DNA from: an uncultured Acidimicrobiaceae bacterium
GTDB lineage: Bacteria; Actinomycetota; Acidimicrobiia; Acidimicrobiales; SZUA-35
Direction of reading: 5' to 3'
Length of the DNA: 64,000 bases
NCBI GenBank assembly: GCA_964648795.1
Contig: CAZYMB010000001.1
Coordinates: 62,920-126,919 of the forward strand
Shown: positions 25,727-37,345 of the stretch, piece after piece
How positions within the stretch are numbered: the first letter of the stretch is position 1
Layout: each line of letters starts with the position of its first letter
Made by a program: the position numbers and the translations under genes
Notes under the pieces: generated by a model
Database searches by the model: none
What the model saw: only the letters and a program-made list of their open reading frames with translations
Told to the model about the DNA's origin: nothing

Positions 25727-27571
25727 ATGCCTAAAGCAGTAGGAATTGATCTAGGGACAACTAACTCGGTTGTCTCGGTGTTAGAAGCCGGTGACCCAGT
25801 GGTGATCGCTAACTCAGAGGGCGCAAGAACAACGCCTTCGGTTGTTGCGTTCTCCAAAGATGATGGCGAAGTATTAGTAGGCGAGTTGGCGAAACGCCAA
25901 GCAATCACAAACCCTGATCGAACTATCCGTTCGGTTAAACGCCATATGGGAACTTCTTGGGTGACAGAAGTAGATGGCAAGAAGTACACGCCTCAAGAAA
26001 TTAGTGCGCGAACGCTCATGAAGTTGAAGCGAGACGCAGAAGATTATCTTGGTGATACTGTCACAGAAGCGGTGATTACAGTTCCCGCTTATTTCGATGA
26101 TGCGCAACGTACTGCAACAAAAGAGGCAGGACAAATTGCTGGTCTTGACGTCCTTCGAATTATTAATGAGCCAACGGCTGCTGCCCTTGCGTATGGTTTG
26201 GATAAAGATGGAAGCGATGATCAGACAATTCTGGTGTTTGACCTTGGAGGCGGAACCTTTGATGTTTCGATTCTCGAAATTGGTGATGGAGTCTTTGAAG
26301 TAAAGAGCACCTCTGGTGATACAGAACTAGGTGGAGACGATTGGGACGAAGCCATTATTGGTTGGATGGTTTCCGAATTCAAGAGTGCCCACGGTGTTGA
26401 TCTAGCTGCAGACAAGATGGCTGCACAAAGACTAAAAGAAGCAGCTGAAAAAGCGAAGATCGAGCTTTCACAGGTTCAGCAGACCAATATTAACCTTCCG
26501 TTCGTGACAGCGACTGCCGAAGGCCCATTGCACCTTGATTTGGATCTATCTCGTTCAAAGTTCCAGGAGATTACTTCGGATTTAACAGAGCGAGTCAAGT
26601 CTCCAGTCAAAGCTGCGCTTAAGGATGCTGATCTATCTAATTCAGATGTCGACCACGTCATCTTGGTTGGTGGTTCAACACGTATGCCAGCCATCGTTGA
26701 ATTGGTAGAGGAGCTAACTGGTAAAGAAGCAAACAAAACTGTTAACCCTGATGAGGTAGTTGCGGTTGGTGCTGCGGTGCAGGCCGGGGTATTGAAGGGT
26801 GATGTTAAAGACGTCCTTCTTCTTGATGTGACGCCATTGTCACTTGGTATCGAAACCAAGGGTCAGGTAATGCACAAGTTGATCGAGCGTAACACCACTA
26901 TCCCGACACGTAAGTCTGAGGTCTTCTCGACTGCTGAAGACAATCAGCCGTCAGTTGAGATTCATGTACTTCAAGGTGAGCGTGACATGGCAATGTACAA
27001 CAAGACACTGGGCAAGTTCCAACTAGTTGACTTACCACCGGCTCCTCGCGGAGTGCCTCAAATTGAGGTTACTTTCGATATCGACGCTAACGGCATTGTA
27101 AATGTGTCGGCTAAAGACAAGGCGACGGATAAAGAGCAATCAATCACCATCACTGGTCAGTCGAATCTAGACAAGGATGACATTGAGCGCATGGTATCTG
27201 ATGCGGAAGAGCATGCTGCCGATGACAAGGCACGACGCGAAGAAGCAGAAGTCAGAAATGGTGCCGACTCGTTGGTTTACCAGACTGAAAAGATGCTAAA
27301 CGATGCTAGTGACAAGGTTTCTGAAGAAGAAGCTGGTCCGGTAAAGGACACGATAGCTGACTTGCGCAAGGCACTTGAAGGCGAAGATGTCGAAGAGATA
27401 AAATCTCAGACCGAAAAGCTTTCTGCCGCCTCTCAGGCAATCTCACAGAAACTATATGAGCAAGCTTCGGCTGATTCAGCTGGTGACCCACAAGGTGACG
27501 ACGAAGAAGCAGAAGACGCTGACGTAGTTGACGCTGAGATTGTTGAAGATGAAGAAAGTGAAGAGGCTTAA
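25727..27571 (+). CDS. dnaK: Chaperone DnaK (Hsp70)
   Basis: 614 aa. [17 protein letters not shown] and [11 protein letters not shown], with an acidic C-terminus. AGGAG Shine-Dalgarno 5 nt upstream. Confidence 0.97.
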   Translation: MPKAVGIDLGTTNSVVSVLEAGDPVVIANSEGARTTPSVVAFSKDDGEVLVGELAKRQAITNPDRTIRSVKRHMGTSWVTEVDGKKYTPQEISARTLMKLKRDAEDYLGDTVTEAVITVPAYFDDAQRTATKEAGQIAGLDVLRIINEPTAAALAYGLDKDGSDDQTILVFDLGGGTFDVSILEIGDGVFEVKSTSGDTELGGDDWDEAIIGWMVSEFKSAHGVDLAADKMAAQRLKEAAEKAKIELSQVQQTNINLPFVTATAEGPLHLDLDLSRSKFQEITSDLTERVKSPVKAALKDADLSNSDVDHVILVGGSTRMPAIVELVEELTGKEANKTVNPDEVVAVGAAVQAGVLKGDVKDVLLLDVTPLSLGIETKGQVMHKLIERNTTIPTRKSEVFSTAEDNQPSVEIHVLQGERDMAMYNKTLGKFQLVDLPPAPRGVPQIEVTFDIDANGIVNVSAKDKATDKEQSITITGQSNLDKDDIERMVSDAEEHAADDKARREEAEVRNGADSLVYQTEKMLNDASDKVSEEEAGPVKDTIADLRKALEGEDVEEIKSQTEKLSAASQAISQKLYEQASADSAGDPQGDDEEAEDADVVDAEIVEDEESEEA

Positions 27572-28146
27572 TGGTCAACGATGCTGAGAAGCAGAACAGT
27601 ACCGACAGTTGGGTGGATGGCGTTGGCGATGAAGTAGTCGACAACGCTGCTTCCGACGAGGTTTTTGCTGATAGCGAAACCCCGGAAGCTCCAATAGAAA
27701 CACCCCAAGATGAGATCGGTGTCAACAATGAGGTAGCTGAACTTGTCAGAGAGCGAGACAGCTACCTCGAGACCAGCCGTCGTTTGCAAGCCGAATTTGA
27801 GAATTATCGTAAGCAAGTAGCCAAGCGAGAGTCAGATTCCAAGACCAGGGCGGCAGAAGCTCTGGTTAATGAAGTTCTGCCTACCTTGGACGCTTGTGAT
27901 GCGGCTATTGCAAATGGAGCAGTGGATGTAGAACCAATTAGGTCTATCTTGTTTGGGTCTTTGGAGAAGCTTGGTCTGGAAAAGACTGGCGAGTCCGGAG
28001 ATCGATTTGACCCCGAGCTTCACGATGCAGTTTCACAAGGTGGTTCCTCTGATGGTAGTGGACCACAGATTACTGAGGTTATGAGAGCAGGTTACATCTG
28101 GAAGGGTAGGACGCTACGTCCAGCCATGGTTCAAGTGAGTGAGTAG
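27571..28146 (+). CDS. grpE: Nucleotide exchange factor GrpE
   Basis: 191 aa. RLQAEFENYRKQ, FDPELHDAV and GYIWKGRTLRPAMV. Start overlaps the dnaK stop (TAATG). Confidence 0.9.
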   Translation: MVNDAEKQNSTDSWVDGVGDEVVDNAASDEVFADSETPEAPIETPQDEIGVNNEVAELVRERDSYLETSRRLQAEFENYRKQVAKRESDSKTRAAEALVNEVLPTLDACDAAIANGAVDVEPIRSILFGSLEKLGLEKTGESGDRFDPELHDAVSQGGSSDGSGPQITEVMRAGYIWKGRTLRPAMVQVSE

Positions 28147-28153
28147 GTAATTT

Positions 28154-29269
28154 ATGGCCCCAAAGCAAGACTGGTTAGAAAAAGATTTTTACAGAACTCT
28201 CAATGTGGACAACGACGCGTCTGACAAAGAGATTCAAAAGTCTTATAGAAAGCTTGCTCGTAAATATCACCCTGACGCGAACCCAGATGACAAAGCTGCG
28301 GAGGATAAGTTCAAGCAAATATCTGAGGCCTATGAAATTCTTGGTAGTGAAGATACACGTCGTGAGTATGACTCTTTTCGCAAGCACGGGCCTACTTCAT
28401 TCGGATTCGGTGGAGCAGGATCTGCGGGTGGTCATGCCAGGTCATCGGGTCCTACAGGGTTTGAGGCGGGAGACTTCTCAGACATCTTTTCAGACTTGTT
28501 TGGGGGTCAATCCCAGCAATCAAAGAGACAGGGTGCTGGCCAAGACCTAGAAGCCGATCTGTCAATTTCGTTTATTGATGCAGTTCGGGGCACGCAAACA
28601 AAGATCACTATCAACACTGAGGTGGCTTGTAAGAATTGTTCGGGGACAGGCGCTGCTGCTGGCACCACTCCTGATTTATGTCGTGTTTGTCATGGCCGGG
28701 GTTCACAGAGTAACGACCAAGGTTTCTTTGCAGTGTCCCAGCCATGTGCGAATTGCCAAGGTCGGGGTATGGTCATTGAGAACCCATGTGGAAACTGTTC
28801 TGGGACTGGTTCCAACAGGAAACCTAGAACCATCACCGTTAAGATTCCGCCAGGTGTAACGGATGGCCAGCGGATTCGGTTGCGCGGTAAAGGTGCGGCA
28901 GGTCGAAATGGTGCGCCAAGTGGTAACTTATATATCAACTTGAAAGTTGGCAATCACCAGATGTATAGCCGAAGTGGTAATGACCTTACCTTTAAATTGC
29001 CAATCTCCTTCGCTGAAGCTGCATTGGGTTCCAATGTTAAAGTTCCGCTTCTTGAGGGTGGCACAGTCACTCTCAAAGTCCCCGAGGGTACTTCTAGTGG
29101 TAAGACATTCAGAGTTAAGGGTAAAGGAGTCACTTCTGGTTCGAGTCAGGGCGACCTTTTGGTGACGGTAGTTATTGATGTGCCCACTAACCTTACCGAA
29201 GATCAAAGGATGGCTATCGCTGAGCTTGAATCGTCATTGCAGTCGACTTCAGATTCGCGGGCAGGCTGA
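28154..29269 (+). CDS. dnaJ: Co-chaperone DnaJ
   Basis: 371 aa. J-domain YRKLARKYHPDANP, a G/F region, and four CxxCxGxG zinc motifs (CKNCSGTG, CRVCHGRG, CANCQGRG, CGNCSGTG). Confidence 0.95.
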   Translation: MAPKQDWLEKDFYRTLNVDNDASDKEIQKSYRKLARKYHPDANPDDKAAEDKFKQISEAYEILGSEDTRREYDSFRKHGPTSFGFGGAGSAGGHARSSGPTGFEAGDFSDIFSDLFGGQSQQSKRQGAGQDLEADLSISFIDAVRGTQTKITINTEVACKNCSGTGAAAGTTPDLCRVCHGRGSQSNDQGFFAVSQPCANCQGRGMVIENPCGNCSGTGSNRKPRTITVKIPPGVTDGQRIRLRGKGAAGRNGAPSGNLYINLKVGNHQMYSRSGNDLTFKLPISFAEAALGSNVKVPLLEGGTVTLKVPEGTSSGKTFRVKGKGVTSGSSQGDLLVTVVIDVPTNLTEDQRMAIAELESSLQSTSDSRAG

Positions 29270-29270
29270 C

Positions 29271-29648
29271 ATGGCTAAGCGAGAAGCCACAACAGCAGTT
29301 TACGTGATCTCTGTTGCTGCCGAACTCGCTGGCGTGCATCCACAAACTCTCCGAATTTATGAACGACGTGGTCTAGTTTCGCCGGCTCGGACTAGTGGGG
29401 GGAGCAGACGCTACTCTGATGATGACATTGCTCTGCTTCGAAGAGTTCAAGAGCTTACCGATGATGGCCTTAATCTTTCAGGGGTAAAGAGGGTACTAGC
29501 TTTGGAGTCTGAGGTTAAGAGACTAAACGCCCAGCTACGGCAACTTGAGCTATATACAGAAGAGTTGTCCGGAGAGTCGATGAAGTCGCGTGGAGTAGCA
29601 GTGGAGCGTTCCATCACCCTGTACAAGCAAGGCCCTAAAGAAATCTAG
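29271..29648 (+). CDS. hspR: Heat-shock repressor HspR (MerR family)
   Basis: ATG at 29271, 1 nt after the dnaJ stop; the track ORF begins earlier, at 29175, inside dnaJ. MAKREATTAVYVISVAAELAGVHPQTLRIYERRGLVSPARTSGGSRRYSDDDI is a typical HspR HTH. Confidence 0.85.
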   Translation: MAKREATTAVYVISVAAELAGVHPQTLRIYERRGLVSPARTSGGSRRYSDDDIALLRRVQELTDDGLNLSGVKRVLALESEVKRLNAQLRQLELYTEELSGESMKSRGVAVERSITLYKQGPKEI

Positions 29649-29699
29649 TTTTCTTTATAGATAGCCAAGAAGTTGCCCACTCTTCTGTGTTTTGGTTGA

Positions 29700-30995
<1,296 letters not shown>

Positions 30996-32927
30996 CTAAC
31001 CTTCGGTTGGTGAAACCGTGATTGAGTGAGCGTACTCGGGAAGATCGCCTTCAACTTTATGGTCCCAGAATTCCTCAGGTGAGTTTGGTGCGCTGTCAAA
31101 GTGTTTTAGATTCGAAGGTGAGTCGCAAGATTGGGTCGACTCCTCGGAGACTGACTGATAGATCGGTTCTGGAGGCAGACCCTGTAAGTCGTCTGCGGTC
31201 GGTTCTGCAGAGTTCGCCGAACGACTACTCGTGAGTTGTATTAAATCTTCGCTTGGGTCTTCTTTGCGCCGTGATTTAGCTTGAGACTTTGGTCTCGTAA
31301 CGGCGAGCAATTCTTCTGCATCTGCATCTGCATCGTAATCGTCTTTTTGTTTTGCCAGCCAGCCAAACTTAGAGAGCTTTGTCTTCTTTGGTTTGGTTTG
31401 GTTCGCCTCTAGTTGTGTTTCTTCTGCGGTGACTTCTTCTACAGGGGTAGCTTCTCCAAAGTATGCTTGTTCCGCTTCAAAGACTTTAGCTTCGAATAAG
31501 CCTGTCGAATCTATTTCTGAATCTAGTAAGTCGTCCTCATTTGTTTCTAACTCGGTTTGTAGTTCTTCAGTGCCTGGTTCTTGGGTTTCGAATAGGGCTT
31601 CTGTGTCGAATATTGGTTCTTCGGCTTCGAACAAGTCTTCGGGTGCAGAGGCCGTTCCATGGCCTCCTACTGTTTCTAAATCATCAAATTCGACATGAGT
31701 TATGTTCTCATCTATATGGTGGCGTGGAAGAATAGGCTCTGAAGTCGGGTCCGGTTTTGCCCTCAAACTCATTGGAGTGTCTGCTGACACTGGTTTCGAT
31801 TCTGTTGCTTCAGCTGGTGGCTGTTTCTTTTTGCTTCGCGTATCGCGGAAGACACCGTACTTTGCTGAGATTGGATCTACCCCAGATTTTTCTTTCGAGT
31901 CAATTTCGCTGCTTTTGTCGTTCGCTTGGTCAGTTTCAGTTGGTCCGTCAACACCTAGAAAGGTTGCAACACGTCTAGAGTCTGCATCGCTTTTAGGTGA
32001 ATCAGAGGCAGACCACTTCTTGGGAGTTGGTTCTGATTTGAATTCTTGTACTTGTGCTGGCTGAGTCTTTTGTTCTGGTGCGAATTGGGTCGGTTCTTGT
32101 GTTGCAGCTGGAGCGGCTTGGGTTGGCTCTGGTTCGGTTTCTTGCTCGTGTGTATTTCTAGGTTGTTTCTCTTCTAGTTCAGCCATGTAGTCAGACATGG
32201 CTTGTTCTCTAACAGCTAGGAGCGCATCGATATCAGTTGTTTGTTCCGAAGTTTCTTTTGTCGCGGTCGCAGCTGCTGTTGCATGCTCATCGACAAGCTG
32301 TTGGGTCGTTGTAGGATCTGTTAGCGGTGTTGCATCAAGTTCAGGTTCATTGACTTGGGTTTTTAGTTCTACTCTTCTCGCTGCACGGGTTTTTCGCTCG
32401 ATAAACGAGGCTGAGAGCCTTGAAGCATTTTCCTCAATATCGAAGCTTGGGGCAACATCGAGTTCCGCATCGCCTAATTCTTTGGAGTCAGCTTCTGACT
32501 CGGTCGCAGTATCGGCATCTTGGTCTGATTGGGCAGTAACAGGCTCTGGTTCTTTTGATTCCTGAATTATCGGTTGGCGTGCTTCTTGAGTTTCGGATTC
32601 CTCTTTGGGTGTTTCTGCCAACTCGGCCGCTGGTCTAAATTCGCTCTTGTCATACATTGCGGGTCGGAGATCTGGTTTTGTAGCCTCTTCAGCGTCAGAA
32701 ACAGCTTGGTGAATTTCAGCTCTGCGTGAACGTGCAGATTTTTTGTCACCAGCTCGTTTGACCTTTGTGTTGCCTCGAACACCGGAAGCAATTAGTCCAC
32801 ATTCTTTGCAGATTGGGTGGGAACGTGTCTTGGGATAGATGAGGCAATCATCGCAAAATTCTCCATAGCAAGAATCACAAACGTCAGCGGCATGGTCAGT
32901 TACATTGTTCTCACAACGTCTGTTCAT
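30996..32927 (-). CDS. Cys-rich zinc-ribbon protein with a long acidic low-complexity tail
   Basis: 643 aa. The N-terminal 45 aa carry seven Cys (C5, C17, C20, C25, C28, C40, C43: CxxC-x4-CxxC...CxxC). The remainder is E/T/P/Q/D-rich with no TM segment. The stop abuts the purA stop with a 0-nt gap. Confidence 0.6.
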   Translation of the reverse strand: MNRRCENNVTDHAADVCDSCYGEFCDDCLIYPKTRSHPICKECGLIASGVRGNTKVKRAGDKKSARSRRAEIHQAVSDAEEATKPDLRPAMYDKSEFRPAAELAETPKEESETQEARQPIIQESKEPEPVTAQSDQDADTATESEADSKELGDAELDVAPSFDIEENASRLSASFIERKTRAARRVELKTQVNEPELDATPLTDPTTTQQLVDEHATAAATATKETSEQTTDIDALLAVREQAMSDYMAELEEKQPRNTHEQETEPEPTQAAPAATQEPTQFAPEQKTQPAQVQEFKSEPTPKKWSASDSPKSDADSRRVATFLGVDGPTETDQANDKSSEIDSKEKSGVDPISAKYGVFRDTRSKKKQPPAEATESKPVSADTPMSLRAKPDPTSEPILPRHHIDENITHVEFDDLETVGGHGTASAPEDLFEAEEPIFDTEALFETQEPGTEELQTELETNEDDLLDSEIDSTGLFEAKVFEAEQAYFGEATPVEEVTAEETQLEANQTKPKKTKLSKFGWLAKQKDDYDADADAEELLAVTRPKSQAKSRRKEDPSEDLIQLTSSRSANSAEPTADDLQGLPPEPIYQSVSEESTQSCDSPSNLKHFDSAPNSPEEFWDHKVEGDLPEYAHSITVSPTEG

Positions 32928-33007
32928 TTGAGCCTCCCTAAGTGCCGCATATACTTAAAACTATCGACCCTCTACTGGGTCATCTTTAAGCTCAAAAGGG
33001 GCCTTTT

Positions 33008-34426
33008 TTGACTATTTTGAATGTTGTCGCAGATCGCTACTCGAGCACTGAGATGAAATCTATCTTTGATTCACATAATCGAGTAGTTGTTGAGCGAGAG
33101 TTCTGGATTACTGTTTTAGAGGCTCAAATAGAGGCCGGCTTGGCTGTTGATAGTGCCGTGGTCGAAGATTATCGAACTCATATTGGGTCTGTAGACCTAG
33201 ATTCGATCCGTGAGCGTGAGATGTGTCTGAAACACGATATCCCGGCCAGATTGCAAGAATTCAACGATTTGGCAGGCCACCAAGAACTACATAAGGCCAT
33301 GACAAGCCGCGATCTTACAGAGAATGTAGAACTAATTCTGATCCGTCAAGCACTAGAACTGGTCGACCAGAGAGCTGTTTCGCTAGTAGCTCGACTTGTA
33401 GAAAAAATGGTAGAGCACGAGAGCTTGACGCTCACGGCCCGTACCCATAACGTTCCAGCCCAACCCACAACGTTTGGAAAGAGGCTAGCCCAGGTCATCG
33501 AGGAGTTGATGGATGCTAGACAACATCTCAGAAGCGTTATCGATGCAGTGAAGTTTCGTGGTATCAAAGGGCCAGTCGGGTCCATGCAGGATCAGATAAA
33601 TCTGTTGGGTTCCGAAGACAGAGCGATACAAGTGGAGAAAGCTGTCGCAGAAAAATTTGGGTTCACCCAAATTGTTGAAGCTATCGGACAGGTCTATCCT
33701 CGCTCTAACGACTTTGCAGTGTCTTCTAGCTTGGTCCGTTTAGGCTCGGCTCCATCCAACTTTGCAACAACCCTTAGATTGATGGCTGGGTCAGATTTGG
33801 CTAGCGAAGGGTTTGGTAAAAACCAGATCGGTTCTTCTGCTATGCCACACAAGATGAATGCCCGCAGTTGCGAACGGATCAATGGGTTGTTCCAGGTGCT
33901 TCGTGGTTATAACTCAATGATTGAGTCGCTGGCAGGCACTCAGTGGAATGAAGGTGATGTTTCGTGCTCGGTGGTTCGACGTGTTGCCAACCCGAATCTC
34001 TTCCTCTCGCTTGATGGTTTGTTTGAGACAACCTTTGCTGTTGTTCGTGGGCTCCAGCTTTTTCCAGCAGTTATTAATGCTGAACTAGAAAAGTACTTGC
34101 CATTCTTATCAACCACGACATTGCTTGTGCATGCTGTCCAGTCCGGCTTGGGGCGTGAAGACGCACACGAACTGATTAAAGGTCATGCAGTAGAAACAGC
34201 CCTAGCGATGCGAGAGAGAGGCGGGAGTGGAACTGACCTAATAGAACGGTTGGCTTCAGACCCAGCTTTCCCAGGTGACAAAACAGAAATTGCCAAGGTT
34301 GTTGAGTCTTCTGCGGATTTGTTGGGGGCCATACCGACTCAAATTGAATCGATCAGAAATAGAGCCAACGTAATGGTCGAGGATATTGGAGCTGCGGCGA
34401 GCTATTCTGGCGCTGAGATACTTTAG
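33008..34426 (+). CDS. purB: Adenylosuccinate lyase
   Basis: 472 aa with a TTG start. Fumarate-lyase signature GSSAMPHKMNARSCE; N-terminus DRYSSTEMKSIF. Confidence 0.9.
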   Translation: MTILNVVADRYSSTEMKSIFDSHNRVVVEREFWITVLEAQIEAGLAVDSAVVEDYRTHIGSVDLDSIREREMCLKHDIPARLQEFNDLAGHQELHKAMTSRDLTENVELILIRQALELVDQRAVSLVARLVEKMVEHESLTLTARTHNVPAQPTTFGKRLAQVIEELMDARQHLRSVIDAVKFRGIKGPVGSMQDQINLLGSEDRAIQVEKAVAEKFGFTQIVEAIGQVYPRSNDFAVSSSLVRLGSAPSNFATTLRLMAGSDLASEGFGKNQIGSSAMPHKMNARSCERINGLFQVLRGYNSMIESLAGTQWNEGDVSCSVVRRVANPNLFLSLDGLFETTFAVVRGLQLFPAVINAELEKYLPFLSTTTLLVHAVQSGLGREDAHELIKGHAVETALAMRERGGSGTDLIERLASDPAFPGDKTEIAKVVESSADLLGAIPTQIESIRNRANVMVEDIGAAASYSGAEIL

Positions 34427-34451
34427 TAATCTCTAAAGGAGTAGTTTCACA

Positions 34452-35594
34452 GTGAGCGATTTAGACCCGAGCTTTTCTGCTGCAACAAAAGCAGTCCACG
34501 CAATGCGACCTCACGCTGACAATGGGGCTTTCAATGTTGGGATTGTGCCCAACTCGACTTACGTTCAACAGCGAGCTGGAGAGTGGGAAGAATTTACCTA
34601 CGGACGAACAAATGGTCCAACAGAAGCTGTGCTGAGATCAATTCTTGCAGATCTTGAAGGTGGTGCTTCTGCCGTTTGTTTCAGTTCGGGGATTGCAGCT
34701 ATCTCGGCTATTGCAGACCTCGTAGATGTAGGTGGCAAGATTGTTGTCATGACTGATGTGTACGGGGGGACTCATCGCTTCTTTAGTCAGTTTGCAGCCA
34801 CACGGGGAGTCAGCGTATCCTTCGTTGACACCTCAGTCGAGAGCGTCTCCGAACAAGATTTCGAAGGTGCGAACTTGATCTTTGCCGAGACACCATCTAA
34901 CCCAAGAATGCTTGTAACCGATATTAAGAAACTTGCCAGTATTGCTTCTTCGGTTGGCGCATTACTAGCAGTCGATAACACAATGGCGACTCCAATTAAC
35001 CAGCAACCGTTAAGTCTTGGTGCTGACCTAGCTATTCACAGTACCTCTAAATACTTGAGCGGGCATACAAACGTGGTTGGTGGAGCAGTGGCTGTAAAAG
35101 ATGCTGAACTCGGCGACCGCTTGCATTACATTCGGAAATCAACTGGAGCTGTCCCTAGTCCATTTGATTGTTACCTGGTAATGCTTGGAATTAAGACTTT
35201 GCCTCTCCGTATGGCTCAGCATCATGCAAACGCAAGTGAAGTAGCTAAATACTTGGAAGATCACGACAAAGTAGAAGCTGTGCATTTTCTTGGATCGGCG
35301 AATCATCCTCAGGCCCAGCTGGTATCGCAGCAGATGAGTGGACCGAGTGGGGTTGTTTCAATCGATCTTAATTCCGAAGACTCTGCCAAAGCACTAGTTA
35401 ACTCGCTGCGACTTTTCTCACCTGCTGTTTCGTTTGGTTCGGTTGCTTCGTTAGTGGAGCATCCGAAATCAATGAGTCACAAAGACATACCCTCAAAAGT
35501 TGGTGCCCCTCCGAATCTTGTGCGATTCTCTGTCGGTATTGAAGATGTCACTGATCTCATCGTAGATTTAGATCAAGGGTTTGCCCAGCTCTGA
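34452..35594 (+). CDS. Cys/Met-metabolism PLP enzyme (cystathionine gamma-synthase / gamma- or beta-lyase family)
   Basis: 380 aa. DVYGGTHRFF, ETPSNP, VDNTMATP, and the PLP lysine motif HSTSKYLSGH. Confidence 0.85.
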   Translation: MSDLDPSFSAATKAVHAMRPHADNGAFNVGIVPNSTYVQQRAGEWEEFTYGRTNGPTEAVLRSILADLEGGASAVCFSSGIAAISAIADLVDVGGKIVVMTDVYGGTHRFFSQFAATRGVSVSFVDTSVESVSEQDFEGANLIFAETPSNPRMLVTDIKKLASIASSVGALLAVDNTMATPINQQPLSLGADLAIHSTSKYLSGHTNVVGGAVAVKDAELGDRLHYIRKSTGAVPSPFDCYLVMLGIKTLPLRMAQHHANASEVAKYLEDHDKVEAVHFLGSANHPQAQLVSQQMSGPSGVVSIDLNSEDSAKALVNSLRLFSPAVSFGSVASLVEHPKSMSHKDIPSKVGAPPNLVRFSVGIEDVTDLIVDLDQGFAQL

Positions 35595-35619
35595 CGATTA
35601 ATTCAGGGGAGGCGCTGGT

Positions 35620-36441
35620 ATGGAAATTGAGATAGATAGCCAGACCTTCACCTCAGACGAACTTGGGTTAATCGAGGGTGTAGGCGAAGTTATAGCTATC
35701 CATGGACTTCCAGAATCGCTAACAACTGAGCTAGCGACAATGGCCCAGGTTGTAGATGTTCCTCATACTTGGCGAATAAAGCAGGCTGACTCAGTAGATG
35801 AGGTTGACGAAGAGACTATTGCGGAAGCGATCAAAGTAATTAGAGACGATGAGTTACACCTTGGAGCAAACATATTTTGCTACGTGTTCCAAACAGAGGT
35901 CGGCTTAGAACTCGTTGCTGCAGGAGCGCTACGCAATAAGTTGAATATGGATGTGCAGCTCAACGACTTCCCAGTGAGCTCAAGAGCAATAGTCGCCCCT
36001 CACTTGCGGGGTCGAGGCTTAGGGAAGGCCATTATTCGCCACCGTATTGATCTGGCACGAGATTGGTTTGGCGTTCCAGCTAAGGCAATTTACTTTGGTT
36101 CAAGAGCAGAAAAAGTGGTAGATGTCTGGACCAAGTATGGATTCAAAATTGGTTGGAAGATGTTCCATCTTGGTGAAGGAAGAATCGAAAGTGGAGACGG
36201 TGTTCACGTCATGCAGGAATATTTCCTTCTGAATCCTGACTACGAGCGCAAGCTCTTGAGTGAAGCAGAAAGCTTGGGCAACAGTTTTGTTGAGTCACTT
36301 GAAATGTACTTTAAAAATGGTGCTCGAGAAATTTCGGCTGACAATCTGGCTGATGAAGTTTCTCAAGCAGGTGAGTCACTACCAAGCCTGACAGAGTTCT
36401 TTAGCGTTCGATCTATCATTGGGGCGAAAGATCCAATATAG
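35620..36441 (+). CDS. GNAT-family N-acetyltransferase-like protein
   Basis: 273 aa. Acetyl-CoA-binding motif A-like segment VAPHLRGRGLGKAIIRHRIDLAR. GGGGAGG Shine-Dalgarno upstream. Confidence 0.6.
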   Translation: MEIEIDSQTFTSDELGLIEGVGEVIAIHGLPESLTTELATMAQVVDVPHTWRIKQADSVDEVDEETIAEAIKVIRDDELHLGANIFCYVFQTEVGLELVAAGALRNKLNMDVQLNDFPVSSRAIVAPHLRGRGLGKAIIRHRIDLARDWFGVPAKAIYFGSRAEKVVDVWTKYGFKIGWKMFHLGEGRIESGDGVHVMQEYFLLNPDYERKLLSEAESLGNSFVESLEMYFKNGAREISADNLADEVSQAGESLPSLTEFFSVRSIIGAKDPI

Positions 36442-36475
36442 GTCGCACAGTGGCTAGCGGGTAGACTCTTTCGTA

Positions 36476-37345
36476 GTGAACTATCTTCTCCCGCCCCCTC
36501 AAGATACGCAACGTTTGGTTGCTCAGGCATTGGCCGAGGACTTAACTCCACTCGGTGACTTGTCTTCAACTGTCTTACCCGGCGATCAAATAGCGGTTGC
36601 TAGTTGGGTTGCCAGAGATGCAGGTGTCTTGGCTGGTACATATTGTGTCGAAGAAGTTGTGCGTCAGCTCGGAGATCAACTAACTCTTACTTGGGAGTAT
36701 GACGAAGGTGACCCTTTCCAGGCGAACACAAACCTCGGTTCTATCTCGGGTCGGTTGTCCGACATAGTTACTGCTGAGCGAGTAAGTCTTAACTTTATGT
36801 CTCACCTTTCGGGGATAGCGACTCGTGTTTCTGCGTGGGTGACTGTGGCTGCTGATCGAGTTCAAGTTGTTGATACCCGTAAGACTTTGCCCGGCTATCG
36901 ATCACTACAAAAGGCAGCGGTCAGAGCCGGTGGTGGTCGAAACCATAGAGGCAACTTGAGCGATTGGATAATGCTTAAAGACAATCATCTTGTTGGTGTC
37001 GACATAGCAACTGCAGTTCGTCGAGCTAACGAACTGTGGCCCGGACGTGTGGTCGAAGTTGAGACTGAAACAACAGCTCAGGCAATTACGGCGCTAGAGG
37101 CTGGTGCAGACATAATCATGTTGGACAACTTTAAACCCGAAGAGATTAAGTCTGCTGCCGTCGAGCTGACGGAGGTCGCTAAAGATAAAGGTATTACTCG
37201 ACCGCTAATCGAAGCTTCAGGTGGAATAACACTAGAACTACTAGACGAAGTTGCCCAAGCAGATATCGACATCGTTTCTTCGAGTTCACTTACAGCTGGA
37301 GCCAACCCGGTAGATATCGGACTCGACATTAGACTGTCGAGTTAG
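36476..37345 (+). CDS. nadC: Nicotinate-nucleotide diphosphorylase (quinolinate phosphoribosyltransferase)
   Basis: 289 aa with a GTG start. ERVSLNFMSHLSGIAT, DTRKTLPGYR, GGGRNHR, IMLDNF, EASGGI. Confidence 0.9.
   Translation: MNYLLPPPQDTQRLVAQALAEDLTPLGDLSSTVLPGDQIAVASWVARDAGVLAGTYCVEEVVRQLGDQLTLTWEYDEGDPFQANTNLGSISGRLSDIVTAERVSLNFMSHLSGIATRVSAWVTVAADRVQVVDTRKTLPGYRSLQKAAVRAGGGRNHRGNLSDWIMLKDNHLVGVDIATAVRRANELWPGRVVEVETETTAQAITALEAGADIIMLDNFKPEEIKSAAVELTEVAKDKGITRPLIEASGGITLELLDEVAQADIDIVSSSSLTAGANPVDIGLDIRLSS

Noticed and set aside
25591-25989. 132-aa minus-strand ORF spanning the dnaK promoter and 5' end
   Set aside because: It is antisense to dnaK and to the operator region. It is a typical shadow ORF.
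32994-33009. AAAAGGGGCCTTTTTT terminator-like sequence
   Set aside because: The stem would be AAAAGG/CCTTTT with only a 2-nt loop. It also sits in a divergent promoter region and overlaps the purB start codon, so there is no upstream gene to terminate.
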